A DNA stretch of 64,000 nt from the NCBI GenBank assembly GCA_017465885.1, contig JAFTVG010000011.1, forward strand, positions 75,276-139,275. The letters are read 5' to 3'. The notes under the pieces were generated by a model. That model saw nothing but the letters and a program-made list of their open reading frames with translations. It was not told the origin of the DNA and searched no databases. The translations under genes were made by a program, and so were the position numbers. Below are positions 8,137-17,565 of the stretch, in pieces. This DNA comes from Clostridia bacterium (GTDB taxonomy: Bacteria; Bacillota; Clostridia; Oscillospirales; CAG-272). The number at the start of each line of letters is the position of its first letter. Position 1 is the stretch's first letter.

Positions 8137-11100
8137 ATGCTCAAACTCCAACAAATCACAAAAACCTACGACGTGGGAGGCGACCTGAAGGTACAGGCGC
8201 TGCGCGGTATCGATCTGGAATTCCGCAAGAGCGAATTCGTCTCCATCCTCGGCCCCTCGGGCTGCGGAAAAACCACCCTTTTGAATATCATCGGCGGACT
8301 TGACAGAAACACCACGGGTGATCTGTTCATTTCGGGCAAATCCACCGCCCATTATGGCGATCGAGAGTGGGATAACTACAGAAACCACTCCATCGGCTTC
8401 GTCTTCCAAAGCTATAACCTGATCCCTCATATGGACGTGCTTGCAAACGTGGAGCTTGCCCCCACCATTTCGGGCGTATCCAAGGCAGAGCGGCGCATCC
8501 GCTCTGTGGAGGCGTTAAAGAAGGTGGGCCTGGGCGATCAGCTTCATAAAAAGCCCAATCAGCTCTCGGGCGGTCAGATGCAGAGAGTTGCCATCGCAAG
8601 AGCGCTGGTCAACGATCCCGAGATCCTTTTGGCAGACGAGCCCACCGGCGCTCTTGACACCGTTACAAGCGTACAGATCATGGAGCTTTTGAAGGAGATC
8701 TCCAAGGATCGCCTGATCATTATGGTCACCCATAACCCCGATCTCGCCGAAGAATACTCCTCCCGTATCATCAAATTGAAGGACGGTCTTGTGGTGGACG
8801 ACTCCGATCCCTACGTGGCACCCGTTGCGGCAAAGGAGGAGGCGAGCCCCGCCGTACAGCCCGTAAAGAAGAAAAAGAAAAAGGAAAAGATGGCCTCCAT
8901 GTCCTTCTTCACCGCCCTTTCCCTTTCCACCAAGAACCTGCTGACGAAGAAAGCCAGAACGGCGCTGGTCAGCTTTGCGGGCTCCATAGGCATCATCGGT
9001 ATCGCCCTCATTCTCTCCCTTTCAAACGGCGTACAGATCTTCATCGATCAGGTGCAGGAGGACACTCTGTCTGCCTATCCCTTGAGCATCAATAAATATT
9101 CCTCCGACACCGCCGCCCTCTACGAGGCGATGGTCAAGGTGGAAAACAACACCACCGAATTTGAAGAGGACCGCATCTATCCCGACGATTCACTGGGTAG
9201 TATGATGAGCGCGATGACCCAGATCAAGACAAACAACATCGAAGGCTTTATCGACTACTTTGAAGAGCACAAAGGCGAGCTTAAGGGCAGTCTGAACGCC
9301 TACAAGCTGATCTACGATCTGACCATCCCCGTTTACACCGTCTTCGAGTCGGAGGGCAAAGAGTCGGTCATTCAGACCAACCCCACCTCTATCTTTGACT
9401 ATATGGGTGAGGAGATCAAGACCATGATGTCCTCTATGACCGCTCTGGCAGGTGGAAACACCGGTATGACCTTCTATCAGGAAATGCTTGAAGGGGTGGA
9501 CGGTGAGCTGATCAACCCCGTGGTCAAGGAGCAATACGACCTGGTGGGCGAAAACAGCCGCTGGCCCGAAAACGCCAACGAGGTGGTGCTTGTGGTGGGT
9601 GAAAACAACCGCATCAGCAATATGGCGCTCTACGCTTTGGGCTTCAAGGACCCCAACGAGATCGAAGAGGTGCTGGGCTCGCTGATGGACCCCAACAAGG
9701 AATATGACAACAAGATCGAGGAGGGCTTCTACTATGAACTGGACGACTTCATCGGTCACACCTTTACCTACGTTTTGCCCACCGACTATTTCTATAACGA
9801 TGAAGACAGCGGTCATTACACGGTGAACGGCAAAAAGTATCCCATCTGGAACGACCGCAGAGAGCAGATCGGCTTCAAGGAGAGCGACTTCCTTGAGCAA
9901 TACGGCAAGGATCTGACGGTGGTGGGCATCATCCGTCCCGATCCCGATGCCACCTCCACCTCTATTTCCTCCCCTATCGCCTACACCGCCGCTCTGACCC
10001 GCGACATCATCGCGCAGGTGGAAAAAACCGACCTTGCCATCCAGCAAAAGGCCACCCCCGACTACGACGTGTTCAGCGGCACCACCTTTGAGGAAATGGA
10101 ATTTACCAAGGAAAACATCGACGTCTTCCTTGATATGCTGAAGACAGATCAGAAGCAGAGCCTGATCATGATGATCAATCAGATGATGCAGACCGCCTTC
10201 ACCGAAGAGCGTCTGCCCGCCACCCTGCAGGCTCTGGACGATCAGTCCTTTGCCACCATGGTGAAGATGTACGCTCCCAACTATACCAAGGCAAACGTGG
10301 GCGAGTTCGTGGCAAGTCTTGATGAACAAAGTGCCATGGCACTGATCGGAATGCTGACCCAACAGACCGGTCAGCCCATCACCACGGAAAGCCTGCCTGC
10401 CGTTCTTTCTATGATGGACGACGAGTCCTTTAACGGCATCGTTGCCATGTTTGATAAGTCTGCCCCCAAATATTCCAAGGATCAAATCGACGCCTTCCTT
10501 GAAGCCATCGGGGAGGCAGGCAGAGGGGCAATGCTGGAGCAGTTCAAAAAGAACATCGTGGTCACCGAGGAAAATCTGGCGCAGACCCTTTCGGGCGTGA
10601 CCGACGAGGAGTACGAGCAGCTCACCGCCTACTATCTGCCCGAGGATCAGCGTACCACCTACGAAACCAACCTGACCAAGATCGGCTACCAGGATAAGAG
10701 CCGCGTCAATTCCATCCAGCTCTTCGCCGTGGACTTTAACGGCAAGGACGAGATCAAGGCATTCGTGAACAAGTATAACGAATACGCCGTCAACAAGGCG
10801 ATGGAAGAGGATCCCGGCAAGGATGAGAAAGAATACGACAAGTACAAGGTGGAGATCAGCGATATGATCGGAGCGCTGATGTCGGGCATCAACGTGATCA
10901 TCAACGCCATCTCCTACGTGCTCATCGCCTTCGTTGCCATTTCGCTGGTGGTTTCCTCCATTATGATCGCCATCATCACCTATATCTCGGTGTTGGAGCG
11001 CATCAAGGAGATCGGTATTCTCAGATCGCTGGGTGCTTCCAAGAAAAACGTCCGTCAAGTCTTCAATGCCGAGACGCTGATCGAGGGCTTCATTTCGGGT

Positions 11101-11313
11101 GCCCTTGGCATCATCGTCACCCTGATCGTCTGCCTGATCGCCAACCCCATCATCCACGAGCTGACGAATTTAAACAACATCAACGCCACCCTGCCCGTCC
11201 TCGCCGTGCCGATCCTTATCGGCATCAGCGTGCTTCTCAACGTCATCGCAGGTCTGGTTCCCGCATACCTGGCATCCAAGAAAGACCCCGTGATCGCTCT
11301 GAGAAGCGAATAA
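8137..11313 (+). CDS. Fused ABC transporter ATP-binding protein / FtsX-family (MacB/HrtB-like) permease with a very large extracytoplasmic domain
   Basis: Walker A GPSGCGKTT, signature LSGGQMQRV and Walker B LLADEPTGALD at the N-terminus. One TM lies near aa 290, followed by about 600 aa of extracytoplasmic sequence and a C-terminal FtsX-type TM bundle (ERIKEIGILRSLGASK). ATG at 8137 with RBS gaaagg. Transcribed divergently from the two-component system. Confidence 0.85.
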   Translation: MLKLQQITKTYDVGGDLKVQALRGIDLEFRKSEFVSILGPSGCGKTTLLNIIGGLDRNTTGDLFISGKSTAHYGDREWDNYRNHSIGFVFQSYNLIPHMDVLANVELAPTISGVSKAERRIRSVEALKKVGLGDQLHKKPNQLSGGQMQRVAIARALVNDPEILLADEPTGALDTVTSVQIMELLKEISKDRLIIMVTHNPDLAEEYSSRIIKLKDGLVVDDSDPYVAPVAAKEEASPAVQPVKKKKKKEKMASMSFFTALSLSTKNLLTKKARTALVSFAGSIGIIGIALILSLSNGVQIFIDQVQEDTLSAYPLSINKYSSDTAALYEAMVKVENNTTEFEEDRIYPDDSLGSMMSAMTQIKTNNIEGFIDYFEEHKGELKGSLNAYKLIYDLTIPVYTVFESEGKESVIQTNPTSIFDYMGEEIKTMMSSMTALAGGNTGMTFYQEMLEGVDGELINPVVKEQYDLVGENSRWPENANEVVLVVGENNRISNMALYALGFKDPNEIEEVLGSLMDPNKEYDNKIEEGFYYELDDFIGHTFTYVLPTDYFYNDEDSGHYTVNGKKYPIWNDRREQIGFKESDFLEQYGKDLTVVGIIRPDPDATSTSISSPIAYTAALTRDIIAQVEKTDLAIQQKATPDYDVFSGTTFEEMEFTKENIDVFLDMLKTDQKQSLIMMINQMMQTAFTEERLPATLQALDDQSFATMVKMYAPNYTKANVGEFVASLDEQSAMALIGMLTQQTGQPITTESLPAVLSMMDDESFNGIVAMFDKSAPKYSKDQIDAFLEAIGEAGRGAMLEQFKKNIVVTEENLAQTLSGVTDEEYEQLTAYYLPEDQRTTYETNLTKIGYQDKSRVNSIQLFAVDFNGKDEIKAFVNKYNEYAVNKAMEEDPGKDEKEYDKYKVEISDMIGALMSGINVIINAISYVLIAFVAISLVVSSIMIAIITYISVLERIKEIGILRSLGASKKNVRQVFNAETLIEGFISGALGIIVTLIVCLIANPIIHELTNLNNINATLPVLAVPILIGISVLLNVIAGLVPAYLASKKDPVIALRSE

Positions 11314-11336
11314 GCGGCAACCGTTCTTCAAAAGTT

Positions 11337-11380
11337 GCGGGCTGTTCTCCGGAGGAGGACAGCCCGCTTTCACTTTTTTG
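11337..11380 (+). terminator. Rho-independent terminator after the ABC gene
   Basis: GCGGGCTGT...ACAGCCCGC stem followed by TTTCACTTTTTT. Confidence 0.6.
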
Positions 11381-11436
11381 GTCCTTTAAGTCGGCTTTTG
11401 TCCACGAAAAACGCGAAGCCTTTTGAAAAAAAGAGG

Positions 11437-11465
11437 TTGACATCTCAACAAGTTTGTGCTATAAT
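11437..11465 (+). promoter_or_regulatory. Consensus sigma-A promoter
   Basis: TTGACA, 17-nt spacer, TATAAT, exact. Confidence 0.7.
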
Positions 11466-11471
11466 GTCCAA

Positions 11472-11491
11472 GATGTTGATAAGTCAACATC
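11472..11491 (+). promoter_or_regulatory. Perfect 8-4-8 palindrome at the transcription start region (operator or 5' hairpin)
   Basis: GATGTTGA-taag-TCAACATC lies immediately downstream of the -10. A related GTTGACATC overlaps the -35. Confidence 0.4.
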
Positions 11492-11533
11492 AGAGTTCCA
11501 AAAGAGCGCAAAAAGAGAAAGGACCAATGATTT

Positions 11534-12772
11534 ATGAAAAAGAACACTTTAAAAAAGGCAGTTGCCATCGTCTGTGCCTGCCTTGCGGCTTTGCTTGTTG
11601 CCGCGGCGATCGCAATAGGCGCGCTGTGGGGAAACGAGATCTCCTCGGTTGCCTCCATCAAGCAGATTGCCGATGCAAACGAGCAAAACAAAAGTGCCCC
11701 CGTTTATCTGATGGACGTGAAGGGCGACTACTATTTTGACGACTTCTTGAAGGAGGGCGGTGCCTCAAACGACGGCGCACTGATCGACTTCGTGGTTGAA
11801 AACATCACCAAGGGCATCATTCCCATCACCATCTCCTCGCCCGACATCGGCTGCTCCTCCTTTACAGGCGTCAGCCCCGAAGGAGAGCGGTATTTCGGCA
11901 GAAACTACGATTTTTCCACCTCCACGGCGATGATCGTGAGAACCAATCCGGGAAAGGGCAGATACGCCTCTATCTCCAGCGTGGATCTGCAGTTTTTGGG
12001 CATCAAGGACGGTGTCCCTCTTGACGGGCTTTACGATAAGCTGCTCTGCCTTGCCGCCGCCTACGCGCCCCTTGACGGCATCAACGAGGCAGGGGTGTCC
12101 TGCGGCATCTATATGTCCTATCAGGGCAAGGAGGGCGAGGTCGTCTCCACAAATCAGCAGACCGACAAGCCCGACCTGACCTCCACCACCATGCTTCGGA
12201 TGATCCTTGACTATGCGGGTTCTGTCGACGAGGCAGTAGAGCTGGTGAAGCAGTACGACCTGCACGACAGCGCAAACACCTCCTTTCACTATATGGTGGC
12301 GGATGCCACGGGCAGATCTGCCATCCTTGAATGGGTAAACGCCACCGACTCTGCCGACACCGACGGCAGTAAGCGTACCCTGCGGGTCTACTATAACGAC
12401 GAAGACGCCTCCCTTGGTCAAAAGGAAGGGGAAAACGACTTCCAATATATCACCAATTTCATCGTCACCCCCGACTATTACGAAAACACCGAGGATATGA
12501 CCGGTCTTGACCGCTATGACGGCATCGAAGCCGCCATCAACCCCGACGGATCCAACACCGCAGGCGTGATGGACGAGCAAAAGGCACTCGACCTTCTGAA
12601 GCTGGTGGGGCGCAGAAGATGGGACGCCGAGCACGGCAAGACCGACTCCAACACCATCACCGTTTGGTCTGCCCTTTATAATCTCACCGACAAGACCGTT
12701 TTGTGGGTGAGCAACGAGGGATTTGATGAGGAGGATGCGGTTTTCACCTTTGATTTCTCCTATCTTGACTGA
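11534..12772 (+). CDS. Linear amide C-N hydrolase, choloylglycine hydrolase (Ntn, peptidase C59) family, membrane-anchored or secreted
   Basis: N-terminal signal/anchor. The candidate nucleophile Cys sits in SPDIGCSSFTG, followed by RYFGRNYDF, typical of bile-salt-hydrolase/penicillin-V-acylase-like Ntn hydrolases. Confidence 0.7.
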   Translation: MKKNTLKKAVAIVCACLAALLVAAAIAIGALWGNEISSVASIKQIADANEQNKSAPVYLMDVKGDYYFDDFLKEGGASNDGALIDFVVENITKGIIPITISSPDIGCSSFTGVSPEGERYFGRNYDFSTSTAMIVRTNPGKGRYASISSVDLQFLGIKDGVPLDGLYDKLLCLAAAYAPLDGINEAGVSCGIYMSYQGKEGEVVSTNQQTDKPDLTSTTMLRMILDYAGSVDEAVELVKQYDLHDSANTSFHYMVADATGRSAILEWVNATDSADTDGSKRTLRVYYNDEDASLGQKEGENDFQYITNFIVTPDYYENTEDMTGLDRYDGIEAAINPDGSNTAGVMDEQKALDLLKLVGRRRWDAEHGKTDSNTITVWSALYNLTDKTVLWVSNEGFDEEDAVFTFDFSYLD

Positions 12773-12791
12773 GAAAAGGCGGCGCACTTGA

Positions 12792-14006
12792 ATGTTTATT
12801 CTTAAAAAGCTGGGATGCCGTCTTTTCCAGGCGGTATTCCGCGCCGCACTTCCCTTTTTACCCTACAGAGATCCCGTCATCCTTTCGGACTGTGATGCCC
12901 TTGGGGCAGTCTTACAAAAAGAAGGACTTGACAGGGTGCTGGTGGTGACAGACCGGGGGATCGTATCGCACGGTCTGACCCGCCCCCTTGAAGAAAGCCT
13001 GAGTAGGGCGGGGATCGAATTTTTCATCTACGATCAGACAAAAGCAAACCCCACGGTGCAAAACGTGGAGGACGCCCGTGCCCTTTATTTGAGGGAAGGC
13101 TGTCAGGGTCTTGTCGCCATCGGAGGCGGGTCTGCAATGGACTGTGCCAAGGCGGTGGGCGCACGGATCGCCTATCCCCAAAAAAGTCTTGCACAGCTTG
13201 GCGGCATTCTGCGGGTGCGAAGACCCCTGCCGCTGCTCGTTGCCGTGCCCACCACGGCGGGCACGGGAAGCGAGACCACCTTGGCGGCGGTGATCACCGA
13301 CGAAAAAAGCCATCACAAATACGCGCTGATGAGCTTTCCCCTCATTCCCCGTTACGCTCTGCTTGATCCTGCCCTCACCTGCTCCCTGCCGCACCACCTG
13401 ACGGCGACCACCGGAATGGACGCTCTGACCCACGCGGTGGAGGCATACATCGGCAGATCCACCACCAAAAAGACCCGAAGGATGGCGCTTGAAGCCACCG
13501 CGTTGGTCTTTGAAAACCTGAAAAGGGCGTATGACGAGGGCGGCGATCTTGAAGCAAGAGCAAAGATGCTGAAAGCCGCCTATCTTGCGGGTGGAGTATT
13601 TTCAAGATCCTACGTGGGCTACGTACACGCCATCGCCCATTCGCTGGGCGGACAGTACGGCACGCCCCACGGTCTTGCAAACGCGGTGATCCTGCCCTAT
13701 TTTTTAGAGGCATACGGACAGACCGTCCACAAAAAGCTATACCGTCTTGGCATTGCCGCAGGGGTATGCACCGAAAAAGACAGCCCCAAGGAAGGGGCAA
13801 AAAAATTCATTTCCGCCGTGAAGGCGTTAAACGCCTCCATGGGTATTCCCGAAAAGCTTTCGGGGATCCGAAAAGAAGATATTTCCATTATGGCAAAGCA
13901 CGCCGAACGGGAGGCAAATCCCCTTTATCCCGTACCCATACTGATGACAGAAAACGAGCTTGCGGTGTTTTATGAACAGATCGCAGATTGGAGTAACGAA
14001 TTATGA
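12792..14006 (+). CDS. Iron-containing (group III) alcohol dehydrogenase
   Basis: GGGSAMDCAK and the metal-binding His cluster (HAVEAY...HAIAHSLGGQYGTPHG) are typical of Fe-ADH. Confidence 0.85.
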   Translation: MFILKKLGCRLFQAVFRAALPFLPYRDPVILSDCDALGAVLQKEGLDRVLVVTDRGIVSHGLTRPLEESLSRAGIEFFIYDQTKANPTVQNVEDARALYLREGCQGLVAIGGGSAMDCAKAVGARIAYPQKSLAQLGGILRVRRPLPLLVAVPTTAGTGSETTLAAVITDEKSHHKYALMSFPLIPRYALLDPALTCSLPHHLTATTGMDALTHAVEAYIGRSTTKKTRRMALEATALVFENLKRAYDEGGDLEARAKMLKAAYLAGGVFSRSYVGYVHAIAHSLGGQYGTPHGLANAVILPYFLEAYGQTVHKKLYRLGIAAGVCTEKDSPKEGAKKFISAVKALNASMGIPEKLSGIRKEDISIMAKHAEREANPLYPVPILMTENELAVFYEQIADWSNEL

Positions 14007-15385
14007 CAAGTCAAGAGATCAAAGCCCTTCTTGAAAAGCAACGCGCCTTTTATAAGAGCGGCGCCACCCTTCCCGTGGATTTCCGCAAAAGACAGTTAAA
14101 GAAGCTTTACGCCTCGGTGAAGGCGCATGAGCAGGAGATAAACGATGCCCTAAAAAGCGATCTTGGCAAAAGCGCTTACGAGGGTTTTATGTGCGAAAGC
14201 GGTCTGGTGCTCACCGAGATCGGCTATATGATCTCCCACACCAAGGGCTTTGCCCGCAAAAAAAGAGTGCCCACTCCGCTGGCACAGTTTTATTCCCACA
14301 GCTACAAGATCGCCGTTCCCTACGGCAACGTGCTGATCATGAGCCCCTGGAATTATCCCTTCTTGCTGACCCTTGACCCCCTTGCCGATGCCATTGCCGC
14401 AGGAAACACCGCCATCGTCAAGCCCAGCGCCTATTCCCCCGCCACGGGACGGATCGTTTCCACCATCATCAAAGAATGCTTTCCTCCCGAATACGTGGCG
14501 GTGGTGGAGGGGGGCAGAGAGGAAAACAAGTCTTTACTGGACGAAAAGTTTGACCTCATCTTCTTTACGGGAAGCCAGAGCGTGGGCAAGGAGGTGTTAA
14601 GGCACGCCGCCGAGCATCTGACCCCCGCCGTTCTGGAGCTGGGTGGAAAGAGTCCCTGCATCGTGGACGAAAGTGCCGATCTTGCCCTTGCCGCAAGACG
14701 GATCGTCTTTGGCAAATATCTCAATTGCGGGCAGACCTGCGTTGCCCCCGACTACGTCCTCTGCCACGAATCGGTGAAGGACGCCTTTCTTGCCGAAGTC
14801 AAAAAGCAGATCGAAAAGCAATTCGGCGCCCACCCCTTAAGCAATCCCGATTACGGCAGGATCGTCAACAAAAAGCACTTCGACCGTCTTTGCAAGCTGA
14901 TAGACGAAAAGAAGGTGGTATACGGAGGAGAGCGGGACGAACAGGGCTTGCGCATTGCCCCCACCGTGATGGACGGGGTGACTCCCAAGGACGCCGTGAT
15001 GAAGGAGGAGATCTTCGGACCCCTTATGCCCATTCTGACCTACACCGATTTTGAAAGGCTGATCCAAGAGCAGAAGGATCTGCCCAAGCCCCTTGCCCTC
15101 TATCTCTTCTCCAAAAACAAGAAGCACATCAAAATGGTGGAGGGGCAGCTTTGCTACGGCGGAGGATGCATCAACGACGTGGTCATCCATCTTGCCACCT
15201 CGTCCATGGGCTTTGGAGGGGTAGGAGAAAGCGGTATGGGCTCTTACCACGGCAAGGAGGGCTTTGACGCCTTTTCCCACTACAAGTCCATCGTGGACAA
15301 AAAGTGCTTCATCGACCTGCCCATGCGCTATCAGCCCTACGGCAGAACGCTTTATGAAAAGCTGCTGCATCTTTTTTTGAGGTGA
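14003..15385 (+). CDS. Aldehyde dehydrogenase family protein (ALDH3-like, 460 aa)
   Basis: ELGGKSP, the catalytic Cys context NCGQTCVAPDY, and EEIFGP. Overlaps the ADH stop by 4 bp. Confidence 0.85.
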   Translation: MTSQEIKALLEKQRAFYKSGATLPVDFRKRQLKKLYASVKAHEQEINDALKSDLGKSAYEGFMCESGLVLTEIGYMISHTKGFARKKRVPTPLAQFYSHSYKIAVPYGNVLIMSPWNYPFLLTLDPLADAIAAGNTAIVKPSAYSPATGRIVSTIIKECFPPEYVAVVEGGREENKSLLDEKFDLIFFTGSQSVGKEVLRHAAEHLTPAVLELGGKSPCIVDESADLALAARRIVFGKYLNCGQTCVAPDYVLCHESVKDAFLAEVKKQIEKQFGAHPLSNPDYGRIVNKKHFDRLCKLIDEKKVVYGGERDEQGLRIAPTVMDGVTPKDAVMKEEIFGPLMPILTYTDFERLIQEQKDLPKPLALYLFSKNKKHIKMVEGQLCYGGGCINDVVIHLATSSMGFGGVGESGMGSYHGKEGFDAFSHYKSIVDKKCFIDLPMRYQPYGRTLYEKLLHLFLR

Positions 15386-15423
15386 AAACAAAACGACATT
15401 CCTCCAAAAATGTTACTGCAACT

Positions 15424-15461
15424 AAAAAAACTGCAAGGTCCAAAGACCTTGCAGTTTTTTT
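15424..15461. terminator. Bidirectional rho-independent terminator between convergent operons
   Basis: A-run, CTGCAAGGTC-caaa-GACCTTGCAG, then a T-run. Confidence 0.8.
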
Positions 15462-15463
15462 AT

Positions 15464-15934
15464 TCAGTTCCAGGGCTCCACCTTATAAACGTCAATGTGG
15501 GGGAATTCCTCACCATCCAGCTGATAGTATCCAAGTACCCCTTCCACGATCACCCAGGATTTCTCTTCGGGATAACTGCCATCGCGGGTGACCAGCTCAA
15601 AGTCGGTGTAGCAGCAGTTGGCGTTGTCCGCCACCGTCAGATAGTGATAACCGTCATCGCCCGTGTAGTACTGTCCGCCGAAGCGCACCGTCTTGCCCGC
15701 GAACTCTTCAAAATAGATCTGGATCTCCACCGCCTTATTATACTGCTCGGCGGCGTCAAGAACGGCAAGATCAAGGAAGCTTTCCTCCTCTTCCTCCTCA
15801 AGGCTGAAGGACTGCCACCACTCACTTTCGCTCTGCGAGGGCTTTTGCACCTCAGGGGGCGTTGAGGTCTGTCCGTTACAAGAGCAAAGAGCGAGCATCA
15901 GCGCCGCAAGAACGATCAAAACGATCCTTTTCAT
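15464..15934 (-). CDS. Small lipoprotein of unknown function, last gene of the zinc-uptake operon
   Basis: Lipobox LALCSC, an acidic run EEEEEE, and a CC pair (NANCCYTD). The start overlaps the znuB-like stop by 4 bp, with an RBS inside the upstream gene. Confidence 0.6.
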   Translation of the reverse strand: MKRIVLIVLAALMLALCSCNGQTSTPPEVQKPSQSESEWWQSFSLEEEEEESFLDLAVLDAAEQYNKAVEIQIYFEEFAGKTVRFGGQYYTGDDGYHYLTVADNANCCYTDFELVTRDGSYPEEKSWVIVEGVLGYYQLDGEEFPHIDVYKVEPWN

Positions 15935-16845
15935 TTGTTTTTTTCTCCTTTCGCAAGGGCTTTTTTACCCTTTGCCCGATCGGTGACCGCCTTGATGCCC
16001 ATACAAAGAAGGAGCGTAAGGACGTTGAAGCAAACCACGCAGGGACCGATGGGCAAGGAAGACACCTGGTGTCCGAATTTGAACTGAATAACAGCCGAGA
16101 ACACCAGACCCAGGCAGAAATTCAGCGCAGACAGCAGGGCGGCAACGGTGATCACGCTTTTGAAGCGCTTGCAGATGCGCATTGCCGAAAGCGCGGGGAA
16201 AACGATGAGTGCCGAGATCATGATCGAGCCAATCATCTTCATCCCCACCACGATGGTCACCGCGGTAAGCACGGCGATCAGGATATTGTAAAAAGAGGCG
16301 TTGGTGCCTGCCGATCTTGCAAAGGCAGGATCGAAGGTGATGGCAAAGATCTTGGAAAAGAGCAGGACGAAGATGAGGATCACACCCACGGCGAGGATGA
16401 CGCTCAGCGTCACGTCGGCACTCTTTAAGGCAAGGATCGAGGTGCCGAAGAGCGAGGAACACACGTCGCCCGCGCCCTTGTTTGCCACGCTGTAGATCAC
16501 GTATCCCGCGGCGACCGCCCCCGTGCTGAGCATGGCAATGGCGGCATCACCCTTGATCTTTCCGCTTTCGGAAAGAAGAAGGAGCACCACGGCGGCAACC
16601 ACCACCAAAGGCATGGTGATGAGCATCTGCTTGCCCTCTGACACGCCAAGGGCGGCAGCAATGGCAAGAGCGCAAAAGCCCATATGGGAAAGACCGTCAC
16701 CGATCATAGAATATCTTTTCAGCACCAGCGGCACGCCGAGAATTGCGGCACACACGGCGGTGAGCAGTCCCACCACCAGCGCCTTTACAAGAAGGGGCGC
16801 CAAATTCTCGCTGAACAGCGTTTCAAAGGAAATAACGAGCTGCAT
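15931..16845 (-). CDS. znuB: Metal (zinc/manganese) ABC transporter permease
   Basis: Polytopic membrane protein of about 300 aa with the ZnuB/TroCD-type pattern, sitting between the ATPase gene and the lipoprotein gene. Confidence 0.75.
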   Translation of the reverse strand: MQLVISFETLFSENLAPLLVKALVVGLLTAVCAAILGVPLVLKRYSMIGDGLSHMGFCALAIAAALGVSEGKQMLITMPLVVVAAVVLLLLSESGKIKGDAAIAMLSTGAVAAGYVIYSVANKGAGDVCSSLFGTSILALKSADVTLSVILAVGVILIFVLLFSKIFAITFDPAFARSAGTNASFYNILIAVLTAVTIVVGMKMIGSIMISALIVFPALSAMRICKRFKSVITVAALLSALNFCLGLVFSAVIQFKFGHQVSSLPIGPCVVCFNVLTLLLCMGIKAVTDRAKGKKALAKGEKNK

Positions 16846-16848
16846 TCA

Positions 16849-17556
16849 TCAAACCTCTCTTTCCTTCGCTAAAACGGATTCTCTGTCATATCCCTCTGTT
16901 GCTCCGAAATAAAGCATCCTTCTGCCTAAATGGAGGATGTGGGTGGCGTACTGCATTGCCTTTTCGGGATCGTGGGAGATCATGATCACCGCCATCCCCT
17001 CCTTTTTGTTCAGATCGTCGATCAGCCCGTAAAGCTCCTCGGTGACCACAGGGTCAAGACCGGCGGTGGGCTCATCAAGCAGGATCAGATCCTCTGCGGC
17101 GCAAAGAGCGCGGGCAAGCAGGGCTCTCTGCTTTTGTCCCCCCGAAAGCTCCTTAAAGGAGCGGTCTTTTAAGTGGGTGATCTTCATCAGCTCGATATTT
17201 TTCTCGGCAAGGGCTTTATCTGCCTTGGTGTAAAAGGGCATAAAGCGTCTTTTGCCCTGACAACCCGACAAAACGACCTCCTTCACGCTTGCGGGGAAGT
17301 CCGCCTGCCCGGGCTGCTGCTGGGGCAGATAGCCGATGGCATTCTTTTTTAAGCCGGGGGCTCTTTCGATCTTGCCTGCCATGGGAGAAAGGAAACCTAA
17401 AAGCGACTTCATCATGGTGGACTTGCCCGAGCCGTTCTGACCCAGCACGCAAAGATACTGACCCTTTTCGATGGAAAAATCAAGCCCTTCGATCACAGGC
17501 ATTCCCTCGTAGCCGAGGGTCACGTTTTCAAAACGGATCAAGGTCTGTTCATTCAT
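16849..17556 (-). CDS. znuC: Metal ABC transporter ATP-binding protein
   Basis: Walker A GQNGSGKST, signature LSGGQKQRA, Walker B LILLDEPTAGLD. Confidence 0.8.
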   Translation of the reverse strand: MNEQTLIRFENVTLGYEGMPVIEGLDFSIEKGQYLCVLGQNGSGKSTMMKSLLGFLSPMAGKIERAPGLKKNAIGYLPQQQPGQADFPASVKEVVLSGCQGKRRFMPFYTKADKALAEKNIELMKITHLKDRSFKELSGGQKQRALLARALCAAEDLILLDEPTAGLDPVVTEELYGLIDDLNKKEGMAVIMISHDPEKAMQYATHILHLGRRMLYFGATEGYDRESVLAKEREV

Positions 17557-17565
17557 ATAAGCTCC

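Noticed and set aside
9190-11157. 655-aa ORF antisense to the ABC transporter gene
   Set aside because: It lies wholly inside a well-supported CDS on the other strand. Its sequence is low-complexity and rich in G/D/H/V/L, and it has no RBS. It is a typical shadow ORF of GC3-rich coding sequence.
11765-12787. 340-aa antisense ORF. Similar cases are 5428-6078, 27432-28172, 47247-48362, 52428-53594, 55139-55966 and 33588-34412.
   Set aside because: All are embedded opposite confidently identified genes. They have biased composition and no motifs, and are treated as non-coding shadows.
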